From: Acidimicrobiia bacterium
Lineage (GTDB): Bacteria > Actinomycetota > Acidimicrobiia > Acidimicrobiales > Bin134
DNA: 64,000 bases
Reading direction: 5' to 3'
Assembly (NCBI GenBank): GCA_009842675.1
Contig: VYEX01000065.1
Location: 65,127 to 129,126, forward strand
Made by a program: the position numbers and the translations under genes. The notes below the pieces were generated by a model. That model ran no database searches, was not told where the DNA came from, and was given only the letters and a program-made list of their open reading frames with translations. Positions 9,725-18,399 of this stretch are shown here, one piece after another. Numbering within the stretch: position 1 is the stretch's first letter; each line of letters starts with the position of its first letter.

Positions 9725-12700
9725 CTCGATGACACGTCCGCCCCGAAGTAGTCGATGAGGGCGGCCACCACCTCGTCCCACGAGATCGTGGCGTAGGCGT
9801 CGTACGACGTCACCGGGCCCTGGGGCGCCTCCACCTCGAACACGCCCGACAGGCCGTACATGCGGCGATTCTGCATTCTGTCCAGGGTGAGGCTGGACAG
9901 GGGGCCGCCGTTTCCGGCGGGACTCCCATACCTGACCCGTTGGTCTTGGGAGTTGCCCAAGGCGCGGCTGGTGCGGTTGCTGGCGTTGAATCTCTCGGTG
10001 CCGTCGTGGTCGCTGCCGGTCCACACCTGCCCGATATCCCGGGGATCGCCGAACTCATCTCGCTGGTTGACCTCGTCGTCCCAGTCGCCGTCGTAGAAGT
10101 CCTCGTAGTGGTCCACCGCCTTGGGGCCGTTCAGCCAGTAGATGGGCACACCGGGGTCGGCGGTGGTGAAGGTGGTGCCGGTGTTGTCGCGGGCGTCGGT
10201 GTCCTCGGTGCTGCCGACGGCCCGAAAGAGGTCGCTGTAGTCCCTGATGTCGGTGTGGCCGGCGGCGACCTGGTTCTGAATCCATTCGTTATAGGCGTTG
10301 ATGTCCGACGATCGGGCGGTGCGCGGGGCGTCGGTGATGAACAGGAGCCGGAAGCTGTCGCCGCTGCTCAGTCCGGGGGGCACCAGGGGCCAGTCTCCGG
10401 GCACCTCGGTTACCGCCACCGGTGCTACCGCGTCGGAGGGCTCGCTGACCAGGGGGCCCTCGTCGTTGCCAGCAACGTCGGTGAAGCTGGCCCTTACCTT
10501 GATGGCCTTGCCGACCTGCGACGCCGACGGATAGTAGGAGGAGGAAGTGGCTCCGGGAATGACGATGTCGGCGCCGCCGTCCACCACCATCCACTGAAAC
10601 CTGAACTCCGACGCCGGGGGTACCCCGTTGGCGTCGTCGATAGCCGAGACATCGGCAGTCAGCTCCTCCCCCACCTGCGGTGTGCCGGTGATGACCGGCG
10701 CGCCGGTGGCGACCGGCGGGGCAGTGGCGACCGGCGCGGCGGTGGTGAAGGTGAAGGGTTCGCCCCAGCCGTTGTGGTTGTAGGCCGCCACCCGTACCGA
10801 CGAGCCTGGTGCCAGGTGTTCGCTGGGGTATGACAGACTCGACAGGTCGGTGACCTCCAGCGACCGCGAGGGGTCGAACTCCGCTCCGGGGCCCTTCCAC
10901 TCCACGAGGTACTTGGTGATCGGCGAGCCCCCGTCGTAGCGGGGTGCCGCCCACGTGATGTAGGTGTCCGTGGTGGCGGTGACGGGCGGCGCTTGGGGGA
11001 CGCAGCCGCCGGCCCGCCACGGGTTCCTGGTCGCCCCTGAGCCGAATGCGGAATGGCGCGCTCTGCCTACGTGGCAATAGCCCCCGAAGGCGTCCTGCAA
11101 GGCGTAGACCGCCGCCTGCCGATGCCACTTGTGTTTTGTCGTCTTGAGGTCGCTCCAGAACGCCTCGAGGTCGTACATCTCGGTGTACTTGTCGTCGTCG
11201 CTGGTGTCGTAGGCCAGGCCCGTGGTCCCGTATCGATCGTCGAGCCACTGTGGGATCCGGTGCGCGAGAATGTCCTCGATGAACGCCTCGGTCTCGTCTG
11301 AGGGACTTTTGGGCGTGACATTGCAGCCCGAGAAATAGCCTGTGTGGCCTCCTCCCTGGGTGACATGCGCGATTGCGTCGGCGTAGAGCTCAGAAGTGGA
11401 GCAGTATCTTCCCTCCCTGCCGAGCAGGTCTATGTACACCCAGCCGAACCCGCGGAACTCGGGTGCTTCGACCATGTATCCAGTACCGATGGTGTAGACG
11501 TGGGCGAGTTCGTGGGCGTACACGGAAGCATGGTTGCGGGAGCCCCACTTGATGGCATACGCGCCGACCCCACACCAATCCAACCTTCCAGAGCGAGCGA
11601 AGCAGGCAGTGGAGATGTAGCCACCGCCGCCGGCGGGGGCCCTCGGGATCAAATTTCTGCGGCGCATCTCGTCGTAGGTCTCGCGCACCCAGGGCCACGC
11701 CGCCTCTCTGGTGGGCACGAATTTGTCCTTGAAGTAGCTCTGGACCACGTCGGGGCGCGACTGGGTCTTGAAGCCTCCGGTGGCTATCGGGTCGCCGTCG
11801 TCGACGACTGCCGACACCTCATAACGGGTGTCCTCGCTCAGCCCAGTGAGCTCGAACGCGGCGGCGGTGCCGCTGACCTCCACATCGGTGGTGGTGATCG
11901 TGCCGGGCTCGCTGGAGTAGCTCAGCGTGACGGTTATCGATTCCGAGTCGGGGTTGTTCACGCTGACCGTGATGTCTGCGGATGTCTGGGAGATGCGATC
12001 GAAGGCGACGCCGATCACTGCGCCGTTAGGGGCAGGAGGCAGGAAGTAGGCGTAGACCCGGTCGTCGCCCCTGTCGGCCACCCACATCTTGGCGCCGTCC
12101 GACCAGATGCCCCACGGATCGCGGTTCTCGGGGGCCAGCCCGATCTCCCGGGCGGGTTGGCGCTGGCCGAAACCGGCCGCCGAGAGCCCGTAGGCGAAGA
12201 TGTGGTGGCGGGCGTTGTCAACGACCCAGACCGTGGTGCCGTCCGACCACATCCCCCTCGGCGCCTTATAGGTCGTCGCCAAGTCGAACTCCGCGCTCTG
12301 ATCCCGCTCGCCGACCGCGCCCGACTCGTCGAGGTCATAGGCGAAGAGCCGCTCGCGGACGTGCCCGACAACCCACATGGTGGAACCGTCCGACCAGAGC
12401 CCGGCCGGGTGCCCGTTGCCCGTGCCCAGCTCGCCCCCGACCGCGGGGTGCGCAGTGCCGTAAGACGGCCCGTCGGCAATGCCGTAGCCGTGGACCCGGT
12501 CGCCCCGGTCGGCGATCCACATAGTGCCGGCATCGGCAAAGACCCCCCGCGGCGCGGTGTTGGCGGCATCGAGGTCGAAGCTCTGCTCGGCGCGGTACGC
12601 CTTGGTGCCAGCGTCGTAGGCATACACCCGGTCGTTTCCGCCGCCCCCGTCGTTCAACACCCACCACGTGTCGCCGTCCGACCAGATGCCCACCGCCGCG

Positions 12701-15279
12701 TCGTTGCCGGCCTCAAGCAGGAAATCATCGGCCGCCGGGCGCAGCAGCAACTCGACGGTGTGCTCAGTGCCATCTGAGAACGTGCCGTCGAACGACGCCT
12801 GCACCACGAACCGCGGCTCACTGCCCAACCCCGTGAGCACGAACTCCGCGCTGGCCACCGCGCGCTCGCCGAAGCTCAGTCGCCGCTGAACACCGCCCAA
12901 CCCCGTGAGCGCGGACTTCGTGCTGGCCACCGGGCGCTGGCTAGCCGCAACGGTCCACTGCGCAACCGTATAGGGGCGATAGCGCAAGTGGATCATGCGC
13001 TCGGTGTCGCCGTGATAGGAGACCCATGCGGTGGCGGTAGCGCTGGCCGGGGTGACCGCCGACAAGGTGACGGCCGACACCTGAGGCTCGGGCTCGGGCT
13101 CGGGAAGGTAGTAGGCGAAAACCTTCCTTCCGCCCTTGCCGCCGTTCACGACGTAGAGGAAGCCGGAATCACCCCACAGACCCACCGCTGCCTCGTTGCT
13201 TCGGTGCAGAGCGATGTCGAGGTGAGGCTGGCGGGCCTTGGACGCGAGATGGTAGGCGTAGACCTTGCGGTCGTCGCGGTCGATAACCCAGATGATGTCG
13301 CCGTCCGACCACACGCCCCTCGCGTCGGAGTTGCCGGCGTCGGCGAGGTAGATGTCGAGGTCTGGATTCCGCGATCCGTCGGAGCGGGTGTAGGCAAAGA
13401 GGCGACTTTCTGTTTCGCTCGACACCCAAAGCGTCTCGTCGTTACCCCAGATCCCCTTGGGCCCTCCATGGTCGCCTGCCAGCGTCAGATCGCGGTCGGC
13501 ATCGTGGGAGCGGTCGGAGAGCAGATAGGCGTACACCTCGAAGTCGTCGCCGTCGACCACGAACATCCGAGTGCCATCAGACCAAATGCCGAGGGGCTTA
13601 TCGTTGCCCGCGGAATCGACGTCGAAGTCCAGGCTCGAATTGCGCAACCCATCAGAGCGGGTGTACGCGAACACCTGGTTGTGGGGTTGATAGCCATCGT
13701 TGGAGATCCACAGCGTGTCGTCGTTGCCCCAGATCCCCCGCGGCTCTTTGTTGACACCTGGCAGCCCGAAGTCCAGATCGGATGGTCGATTGGAGAACTC
13801 CAGCGGAAAGAGACCCAGAGCGAAACTTTCGTCCTGGGACATGTGGATCTGGTAGGCCGAGTTGGGAAGCAAGCCCGACAGTTCGATCTCGACCGTCCCC
13901 GGGGCGCTGGCGCTTGCTGGTGGCCCTTCCTGCCACTCCTTTTGCCCGCGCGGGCGATAGCGCAGGTAAACCGATCCCGACTTGGGCACCGTGGCTGAGA
14001 CGGTGGCCGTCTCCCGTCCGGTGGTGGCCGCGGCGATATTCGACACACCGTCGACCCTGATGACCGGATTGTCTCCGACCAATATCGAGCCGTGTCCGAG
14101 ATCGGCGTCCACAGAGCCAGCCGCGATGGCACCGCCGTTCAGATCGAGCCGGTTGCGATTGATCCAGATGCCGTTGTCGTCGAAATCGCCGGCCTGCACT
14201 TCGTAGGCGAACACCAGCTCCGGGGTGTTGGAACCGGAGACGTAGAGCGCCTGCCTTGTCCCCGGGTCGATCGCCACGCGCACGCTCGGCGTTCCCCCGC
14301 TCTGATCCACCGTCACCGCCGCGTTGAACCGGATCTGCACCTCGATCAGGTCGCCGGCTCGAAACGTGCGGTCGTCGCCGGGCTCGGTCAGAAACCGCAC
14401 CGACAGCACTTCGGGGGCATCGACGCTGTGGGTCAGGGTGCGCTCGTTGATCTCGTCGGCATCGTTTCGGGCCAGGTCTTGGATCGGGTTCTTCTTCGGC
14501 ACCGCATAGGAAACGGTGACCTCCTCGCCCACCGCCACCGGGGACGACAACAGCAGCATCACGGTCTGGCCGCCGACGATGACGCGCGACACAGCCCGGT
14601 CCATCCCGTCGACCGTCACCGTGAACGCCTCCGGTGCGGGTACCGACCCCTCGTCGAGGTCTTCGTCGAAGGTGAGGTTCAGCGAGCCGTGTACCACCTG
14701 CGCGCCGTTCACAACCGGCCGCACGCCATCGACTCGGTGATCGCTCAGCGGCCCCTGATCCAAGACCCCCGACCTGTCGATGACCCTGCAATCGTTCGTC
14801 GACACGTCGCCGGTCAATGCCAAATCGCCTGCGGGGATGTCTATGCCGTTGGCGTCAAAGTCACCTTCCTCCACCTCGTATGCGAACCACCACTGCTTGC
14901 CCTTCCACCCTTTTACGTTGAAACCCCTCAGCGGCACCACCGTCAACGCAGTGTCACTGTCGATCCCGAAATTGAACGAGACGGCATCCTCCTTGCCCGA
15001 GCAGCCGGTGTTGTGGCTGAACTTGATGGTGAAGTTGATCTCGTCGCCAATGCCGTAGGGCTGGCCGTCGCGCCCGTCGTAGCGCCTCATCTCAATCGAC
15101 CGGACCCGGGGATGGCTAACGAGGGACTTGATGGCGTCGGGATCGATACTGTCGGCGAACTCGACGGCGTCGGGCTGTTCGTCTTGTGCTCCGGCTATTT
15201 CACCCGCGTCAATCAGCAGCAGTGCGGCGATCAGGAACGTGTATGCGGCGAGTAAAATCGGCGCCGGTGCAGGGCGCAC
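9706..15279 (-). CDS. Giant secreted multidomain protein (1857 aa). In order: signal peptide; Ig-like modules; two ~5-blade NHL/YWTD-like propeller modules, each preceded by an FN3-like module; HExxH metalloprotease-like core; FN3; Ig-like module; Asp-rich C-terminal domain
   Basis: The N-terminus MRPAPAPILLAAYTFLIAALLLIDAGEIAGA-QDE looks like a signal peptide. Ten repeats fit P-x-G-[IVL]-W-[SG]-D-G-x-T-x-W-V-x-D...[VIL]-[FY]-A-Y, five in nt 13102-13743 and five in nt 12037-12696. HELAH lies at nt 11500-11514 (aa 1256-1260). A classic FN3 stretch reads APRYDGGSPITKYLVEWKG...AYNHNGWGEPF. GTG start at 15279. Confidence 0.85.
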   Translation of the reverse strand: MRPAPAPILLAAYTFLIAALLLIDAGEIAGAQDEQPDAVEFADSIDPDAIKSLVSHPRVRSIEMRRYDGRDGQPYGIGDEINFTIKFSHNTGCSGKEDAVSFNFGIDSDTALTVVPLRGFNVKGWKGKQWWFAYEVEEGDFDANGIDIPAGDLALTGDVSTNDCRVIDRSGVLDQGPLSDHRVDGVRPVVNGAQVVHGSLNLTFDEDLDEGSVPAPEAFTVTVDGMDRAVSRVIVGGQTVMLLLSSPVAVGEEVTVSYAVPKKNPIQDLARNDADEINERTLTHSVDAPEVLSVRFLTEPGDDRTFRAGDLIEVQIRFNAAVTVDQSGGTPSVRVAIDPGTRQALYVSGSNTPELVFAYEVQAGDFDDNGIWINRNRLDLNGGAIAAGSVDADLGHGSILVGDNPVIRVDGVSNIAAATTGRETATVSATVPKSGSVYLRYRPRGQKEWQEGPPASASAPGTVEIELSGLLPNSAYQIHMSQDESFALGLFPLEFSNRPSDLDFGLPGVNKEPRGIWGNDDTLWISNDGYQPHNQVFAYTRSDGLRNSSLDFDVDSAGNDKPLGIWSDGTRMFVVDGDDFEVYAYLLSDRSHDADRDLTLAGDHGGPKGIWGNDETLWVSSETESRLFAYTRSDGSRNPDLDIYLADAGNSDARGVWSDGDIIWVIDRDDRKVYAYHLASKARQPHLDIALHRSNEAAVGLWGDSGFLYVVNGGKGGRKVFAYYLPEPEPEPQVSAVTLSAVTPASATATAWVSYHGDTERMIHLRYRPYTVAQWTVAASQRPVASTKSALTGLGGVQRRLSFGERAVASAEFVLTGLGSEPRFVVQASFDGTFSDGTEHTVELLLRPAADDFLLEAGNDAAVGIWSDGDTWWVLNDGGGGNDRVYAYDAGTKAYRAEQSFDLDAANTAPRGVFADAGTMWIADRGDRVHGYGIADGPSYGTAHPAVGGELGTGNGHPAGLWSDGSTMWVVGHVRERLFAYDLDESGAVGERDQSAEFDLATTYKAPRGMWSDGTTVWVVDNARHHIFAYGLSAAGFGQRQPAREIGLAPENRDPWGIWSDGAKMWVADRGDDRVYAYFLPPAPNGAVIGVAFDRISQTSADITVSVNNPDSESITVTLSYSSEPGTITTTDVEVSGTAAAFELTGLSEDTRYEVSAVVDDGDPIATGGFKTQSRPDVVQSYFKDKFVPTREAAWPWVRETYDEMRRRNLIPRAPAGGGGYISTACFARSGRLDWCGVGAYAIKWGSRNHASVYAHELAHVYTIGTGYMVEAPEFRGFGWVYIDLLGREGRYCSTSELYADAIAHVTQGGGHTGYFSGCNVTPKSPSDETEAFIEDILAHRIPQWLDDRYGTTGLAYDTSDDDKYTEMYDLEAFWSDLKTTKHKWHRQAAVYALQDAFGGYCHVGRARHSAFGSGATRNPWRAGGCVPQAPPVTATTDTYITWAAPRYDGGSPITKYLVEWKGPGAEFDPSRSLEVTDLSSLSYPSEHLAPGSSVRVAAYNHNGWGEPFTFTTAAPVATAPPVATGAPVITGTPQVGEELTADVSAIDDANGVPPASEFRFQWMVVDGGADIVIPGATSSSYYPSASQVGKAIKVRASFTDVAGNDEGPLVSEPSDAVAPVAVTEVPGDWPLVPPGLSSGDSFRLLFITDAPRTARSSDINAYNEWIQNQVAAGHTDIRDYSDLFRAVGSTEDTDARDNTGTTFTTADPGVPIYWLNGPKAVDHYEDFYDGDWDDEVNQRDEFGDPRDIGQVWTGSDHDGTERFNASNRTSRALGNSQDQRVRYGSPAGNGGPLSSLTLDRMQNRRMYGLSGVFEVEAPQGPVTSYDAYATISWDEVVAALIDYFGADVSSSTPPGT

Positions 15280-15288
15280 CGCGTCATG

Positions 15289-15375
15289 CTAGTACGAATT
15301 ACTATCAAGTCAAGAGACTAGTACAAATTACTATCCAATTGTAATACTAGTACACACTACTATCAAGTTGCAAGG
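15289..15375. repeat. Three tandem 29-bp direct repeats, each containing the palindrome TAGTA-N5-TACTA; AT-rich putative operator/promoter array for the giant gene
   Basis: R1 15289-15317 is ctagtacgaattactatcaagtcaagaga. R2 15318-15346 is ctagtacaaattactatccaattgtaata. R3 15347-15375 is ctagtacacactactatcaagttgcaagg. The palindromes lie at 15290-15304, 15319-15333 and 15348-15362. On the gene strand, TTGACT (15308-15313), a 16-nt spacer, TAGCAT (15286-15291) and 6 nt precede the GTG start. Confidence 0.75.
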
Positions 15376-15594
15376 CCGTTTGCCGTCTGGTGCCCATGTC
15401 ATTTCGTAGACACCGGGTGAGCCCTTTACCTTCTTGACGCGCAGACTTGATCGAAACCAGCTGAGACGTCCTTCTTCCATGTCAGCCAGGTCGGCGACGA
15501 ATTGCTGCAATCGAGATTCGAAGAGAGTGATCTGCGCCGGGGTCAGCCGTTTGAGATCGCGCAGGAAGGACGGGTTCTCACAGTGTGTCGGCAC
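15331..15594 (-). pseudogene. RelE/ParE-like small toxin ORF, apparently 3'-truncated by the AT-rich repeat array
   Basis: From GTG 15594 the ORF reads VPTHCENPSFLRDLKRLTPAQITLFESRLQQFVADLADMEEGRLSWFRSSLRVKKVKGSPGVYEMTWAPDGK. It then continues as RPCNLIVVCTSITIG*, which is encoded by repeats R3/R2. The family-like sequence stops exactly at the 15375/15376 composition break. Family assignment is from memory of actinobacterial RelE/ParE-like proteins. No antitoxin partner was seen. Confidence 0.3.
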
Positions 15595-15746
15595 TCGCCC
15601 GGAGTTGCGGAGGCAGCTATTGAGAGGACCCGTTTTGCCGCGCTCGTAGTGCGGCGATGAAGTCCTCGGTGCTGGCGTGCCACTCGGCCCCATCAAGAGC
15701 GTGTCCGGGCAGCGCACGAATGGAAACACCGTGCTATAGTGACGTT

Positions 15747-15781
15747 GTTCCGCATTGCGGTACTGGTCCACAGTATGGAAC
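15747..15781. promoter_or_regulatory. Tandem pair of 17-bp palindromic sites (GTTCCGCATTGCGGTAC t GGTCCACAGTATGGAAC) upstream of the corrinoid operon
   Basis: Sites at 15747-15763 and 15765-15781 fit G[T/G]TCC-N7-GG[A/T]AC. They lie 39-73 nt upstream of the corrinoid-protein ATG (15820). The same tandem layout occurs at 27670-27704 and a single site at 22466-22482. Confidence 0.6.
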
Positions 15782-15819
15782 CCGCCCTGGGGTCCAGCAC
15801 CACAGAAGGAGTGTGTCGA

Positions 15820-16521
15820 ATGACTGACACGCCCGAGATCGACGACATCGATCTGTCGAGTCTGAACGACGAAGACCTCTGTGCGCAGATGCACGACGAC
15901 TTATACGACGGCCTCGCCGACGAGATCCACGAGGGCACCAACATCCTGCTGGGCCGGGGCTGGCCGGCCGACAAGGTGCTGGACGAGGCGCTGGTGGAGG
16001 GGATGCGCATCGTGGGCATCGACTTCCGCGACGGCATCCTGTTCGTGCCCGAGGTGCTGCTGGCCGCCAACGCCATGAAGGCGGGCATGGCCATCCTGCG
16101 CCCCCTATTGGCCGAGACCGGGGCTGAGCCCATCGGCAGCGTGGTGATCGGCACCGTCAAGGGCGACATCCACGACATCGGCAAGAACCTGGTGGCCATG
16201 ATGCTGGAAGGCGCCGGGTTCGAGGTGACCGACCTGGGCATCAACACCGACGTGGAGGAATTCGTCGCCGCGCTCGACGAGCACCAGCCCGACATCTTGG
16301 GCATGTCCGCACTGCTCACCACCACCATGCCCTACATGAAGGTGGTCATCGACACTCTGGTGGAGAAGAGCCTGCGGGAGGACTACATCGTGCTGGTGGG
16401 CGGCGCACCCCTCAATGAGGAGTTCGGCGAGGCCATCGGCGCCGACGCATACTGCCGCGACGCGGCGGTGGCCGCCGAGACCGCCAAGCAGCTGGTTGCG
16501 GCCCGACGAGCCGCGAGCTGA
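15820..16521 (+). CDS. Corrinoid (B12-binding) protein of a methyltransferase system (MtgC/MttC-like)
   Basis: B12-binding motif DxHDxG (GDIHDIGKN) plus the SALLTTTM...VGGAPL Rossmann part and an N-terminal helical cap domain. ATG 15820 is preceded by the GAAGGAG RBS. The track's longer 15739 start would cover the operator sites. Confidence 0.85.
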   Translation: MTDTPEIDDIDLSSLNDEDLCAQMHDDLYDGLADEIHEGTNILLGRGWPADKVLDEALVEGMRIVGIDFRDGILFVPEVLLAANAMKAGMAILRPLLAETGAEPIGSVVIGTVKGDIHDIGKNLVAMMLEGAGFEVTDLGINTDVEEFVAALDEHQPDILGMSALLTTTMPYMKVVIDTLVEKSLREDYIVLVGGAPLNEEFGEAIGADAYCRDAAVAAETAKQLVAARRAAS

Positions 16522-16523
16522 TC

Positions 16524-17147
16524 ATGGACCGGGTGCTCGTGGTGGCCTGCGGGGCCCTGGCCAAGGAGCTGCGCCACCTGATAGCGGCCCTTGATAAGGG
16601 AGCGGCCGGCGACAAGGCCGAAAGAGTTGCCATCGACTTGGAGTGCCTGCCGGCCAAGCTGCACAACCGCCCCGAGCTGATCCCCGAGGCGGTTCGGGAG
16701 CGGGTGCGAGCTGCCCGAAACCGCTACGGCACCATCCTGGTGGGCTACGCCGACTGCGGCACCGGAGGCCTGCTCGACAAGGTGTGCCGAGAAGAAGGAG
16801 TGGAGCGCCTCCCCGGCCCCCATTGCTATGAGCTCTACGCCGGGGCCGAGGCCTTCACCCAGCTCCAAGAGCAGGAACTGGGCACGCTTTATTTGACCGA
16901 CTATCTGGTGTGCCACTTCGAGCGCCTGATTCTGGAGGGGCTGGGCATTCTGGACCACCCCGAACTGCAAGACGTCTATTTCAACAACTACACCCGGCTG
17001 GTTTACCTGTCTCAGGAGTCCGACCCCGAGCTGGATCGGTTGGCCCGCCAAGCGGCCGACCGCCTGGGGCTGCGCTTCGAGAAGGTGGCCACCGGCTATG
17101 GAGGTTTGGTCGATGCGCTGGTAGAGATCCGGGAGCGAGCCGCGTGA
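16524..17147 (+). CDS. DUF1638 domain protein (accessory protein of corrinoid methyltransferase clusters)
   Basis: 207 aa. MDRVLVVACGALAKEL...VGYADCGTGGLLD...LPGPHCYELYAG pattern. Lies between the corrinoid protein and the methyltransferase genes. Confidence 0.75.
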   Translation: MDRVLVVACGALAKELRHLIAALDKGAAGDKAERVAIDLECLPAKLHNRPELIPEAVRERVRAARNRYGTILVGYADCGTGGLLDKVCREEGVERLPGPHCYELYAGAEAFTQLQEQELGTLYLTDYLVCHFERLILEGLGILDHPELQDVYFNNYTRLVYLSQESDPELDRLARQAADRLGLRFEKVATGYGGLVDALVEIRERAA

Positions 17148-17500
17148 GTCGGCGGCGGGGGAGTAACGGCAACCTAGTGGTGATCTGTTGGCGGGATATC
17201 CCCGCTCAGGTTAACGCAGGCTCGGGATCTTCGAAGATCCAGCGCATCCTCCCCCGCCGCTTCCAACGGGCTATCGACCGGGCCGCCATGGTGGCGGGCA
17301 AAACCCAGGCATCACAATACGTCGGCGAGTGGCGCCGCAAGGTCATTCCCGGCGATCCTGACGATCCCGAAGGCGCCGCCCTTCGAACAGCCGAGGAACT
17401 CGAGGCCGCGTTCCCGCTAAAGCGCCTCGACGCCTTCGTGGCCACCGGCGGCTGGGATCCGGAAAACGCAACAGAGAAAGCCCAGGAGGCGGCAAAGTGA
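17144..17500 (+). CDS. Small conserved protein (118 aa), of the type annotated as the 'virulence factor' family beside DUF1638 genes
   Basis: GTG 17144 overlaps the DUF1638 stop (GTGA). Sequence VSRRRGSNGNLVVICWRDIPAQVNAGSGSSKIQRILPRRFQRAIDRAAM... The stop overlaps the next gene's GTG. Family name recalled from memory, not verified. Confidence 0.5.
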   Translation: MSRRRGSNGNLVVICWRDIPAQVNAGSGSSKIQRILPRRFQRAIDRAAMVAGKTQASQYVGEWRRKVIPGDPDDPEGAALRTAEELEAAFPLKRLDAFVATGGWDPENATEKAQEAAK

Positions 17501-18399
17501 CCGACACCGTGCTCAGCTCGGCCACCAAAGAAGTGGTGATCGGGTTCGACCGACCGTTCGTGATGATCGGCGAGCGGATCAACCCCACCGGGCGCAAGCT
17601 GCTCACCGAGGAGATGAAGGTCGGCGACTTCAGCCGGGTGGAAGCCGACGCCCTGGCCCAGGTGGCCGCCGGTGCCCACATGCTGGATGTGAACGCCGGC
17701 ATCCCGCTGGCCGACGAACCTGCGCTGCTGGCCCGGGCTATCAAGCTAGTGCAGTCGGTGACTGACGTTCCCCTCTCTATCGACTCGTCGATCATCGAGG
17801 CGCTGGAGGCGGGCATCGCGGTGTACGACGGCAAGCCGCTGATCAACTCGGTCACCGGCGAGGAGGAAGTGCTGGAGCGGGTGCTGCCGCTGGTGGCCCG
17901 CCACAGCGCAGCAGTGGTGGCCATCTCCAACGACGAGACCGGCATCAGCGAGGACCCCGATGTCCGCTTCGAGGTGGCCCGCAAGATCGTGGAGCGGGCC
18001 TCCGACCACGGCATCCCCCGCTCTGACGTAGTGGTGGATCCCCTCGTCATGCCCATCGGGGCCATGGGCACCGCGGGCCAACAGGTGTTCCGCCTGGTGC
18101 GGCGCATCCGCGACGAGCTGGGAGTGAACACCACCTGTGGGGCCAGCAACGTGAGCTTCGGGCTGCCCAATCGCCATGCGGTGACCGGCACGTTTCTGGC
18201 CATGGCCATCGGCGCGGGGATGACCTCGGCCATCATGAACCCGCTTCACGCCGAGGTGAAACAAGCGGTGATGGCCGCCGACGTATTGGCCGGCCACGAC
18301 CAGGACTGCATGGCTTGGATTGCCGAGAACCGGGACCCGACCGCCGCCGGCGAAGGAGCAGCCCGCCGTCGAGGAGGACGTCGCCGGGCCGCGGTATGA
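17497..18399 (+). CDS. Methyl-corrinoid:tetrahydrofolate methyltransferase (pterin-binding, MtgA/AcsE/MtrH-like)
   Basis: 300 aa. Pterin-binding TIM-barrel pattern: IGERINPTGRK, MLDVNAG, PLSIDSS, LINSV, NVSFGLPNR. Confidence 0.85.
   Translation: MTDTVLSSATKEVVIGFDRPFVMIGERINPTGRKLLTEEMKVGDFSRVEADALAQVAAGAHMLDVNAGIPLADEPALLARAIKLVQSVTDVPLSIDSSIIEALEAGIAVYDGKPLINSVTGEEEVLERVLPLVARHSAAVVAISNDETGISEDPDVRFEVARKIVERASDHGIPRSDVVVDPLVMPIGAMGTAGQQVFRLVRRIRDELGVNTTCGASNVSFGLPNRHAVTGTFLAMAIGAGMTSAIMNPLHAEVKQAVMAADVLAGHDQDCMAWIAENRDPTAAGEGAARRRGGRRRAAV

Noticed and set aside
15289-15375. Could the 29-bp repeats be a mini CRISPR array?
   Set aside because: The units are contiguous with no unique spacers, there are only three of them, they diverge in their 3' parts, and no cas genes are present. 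An operator/promoter array fits better.
15595-15746. Cobalamin riboswitch upstream of the corrinoid-protein operon (a GCCACTC string at about 15680 resembles the B12 box GCCACTG).
   Set aside because: I could not find the other conserved riboswitch elements or a plausible multi-stem fold, and a single near-match heptamer is not evidence. An Rfam cmsearch would settle it.
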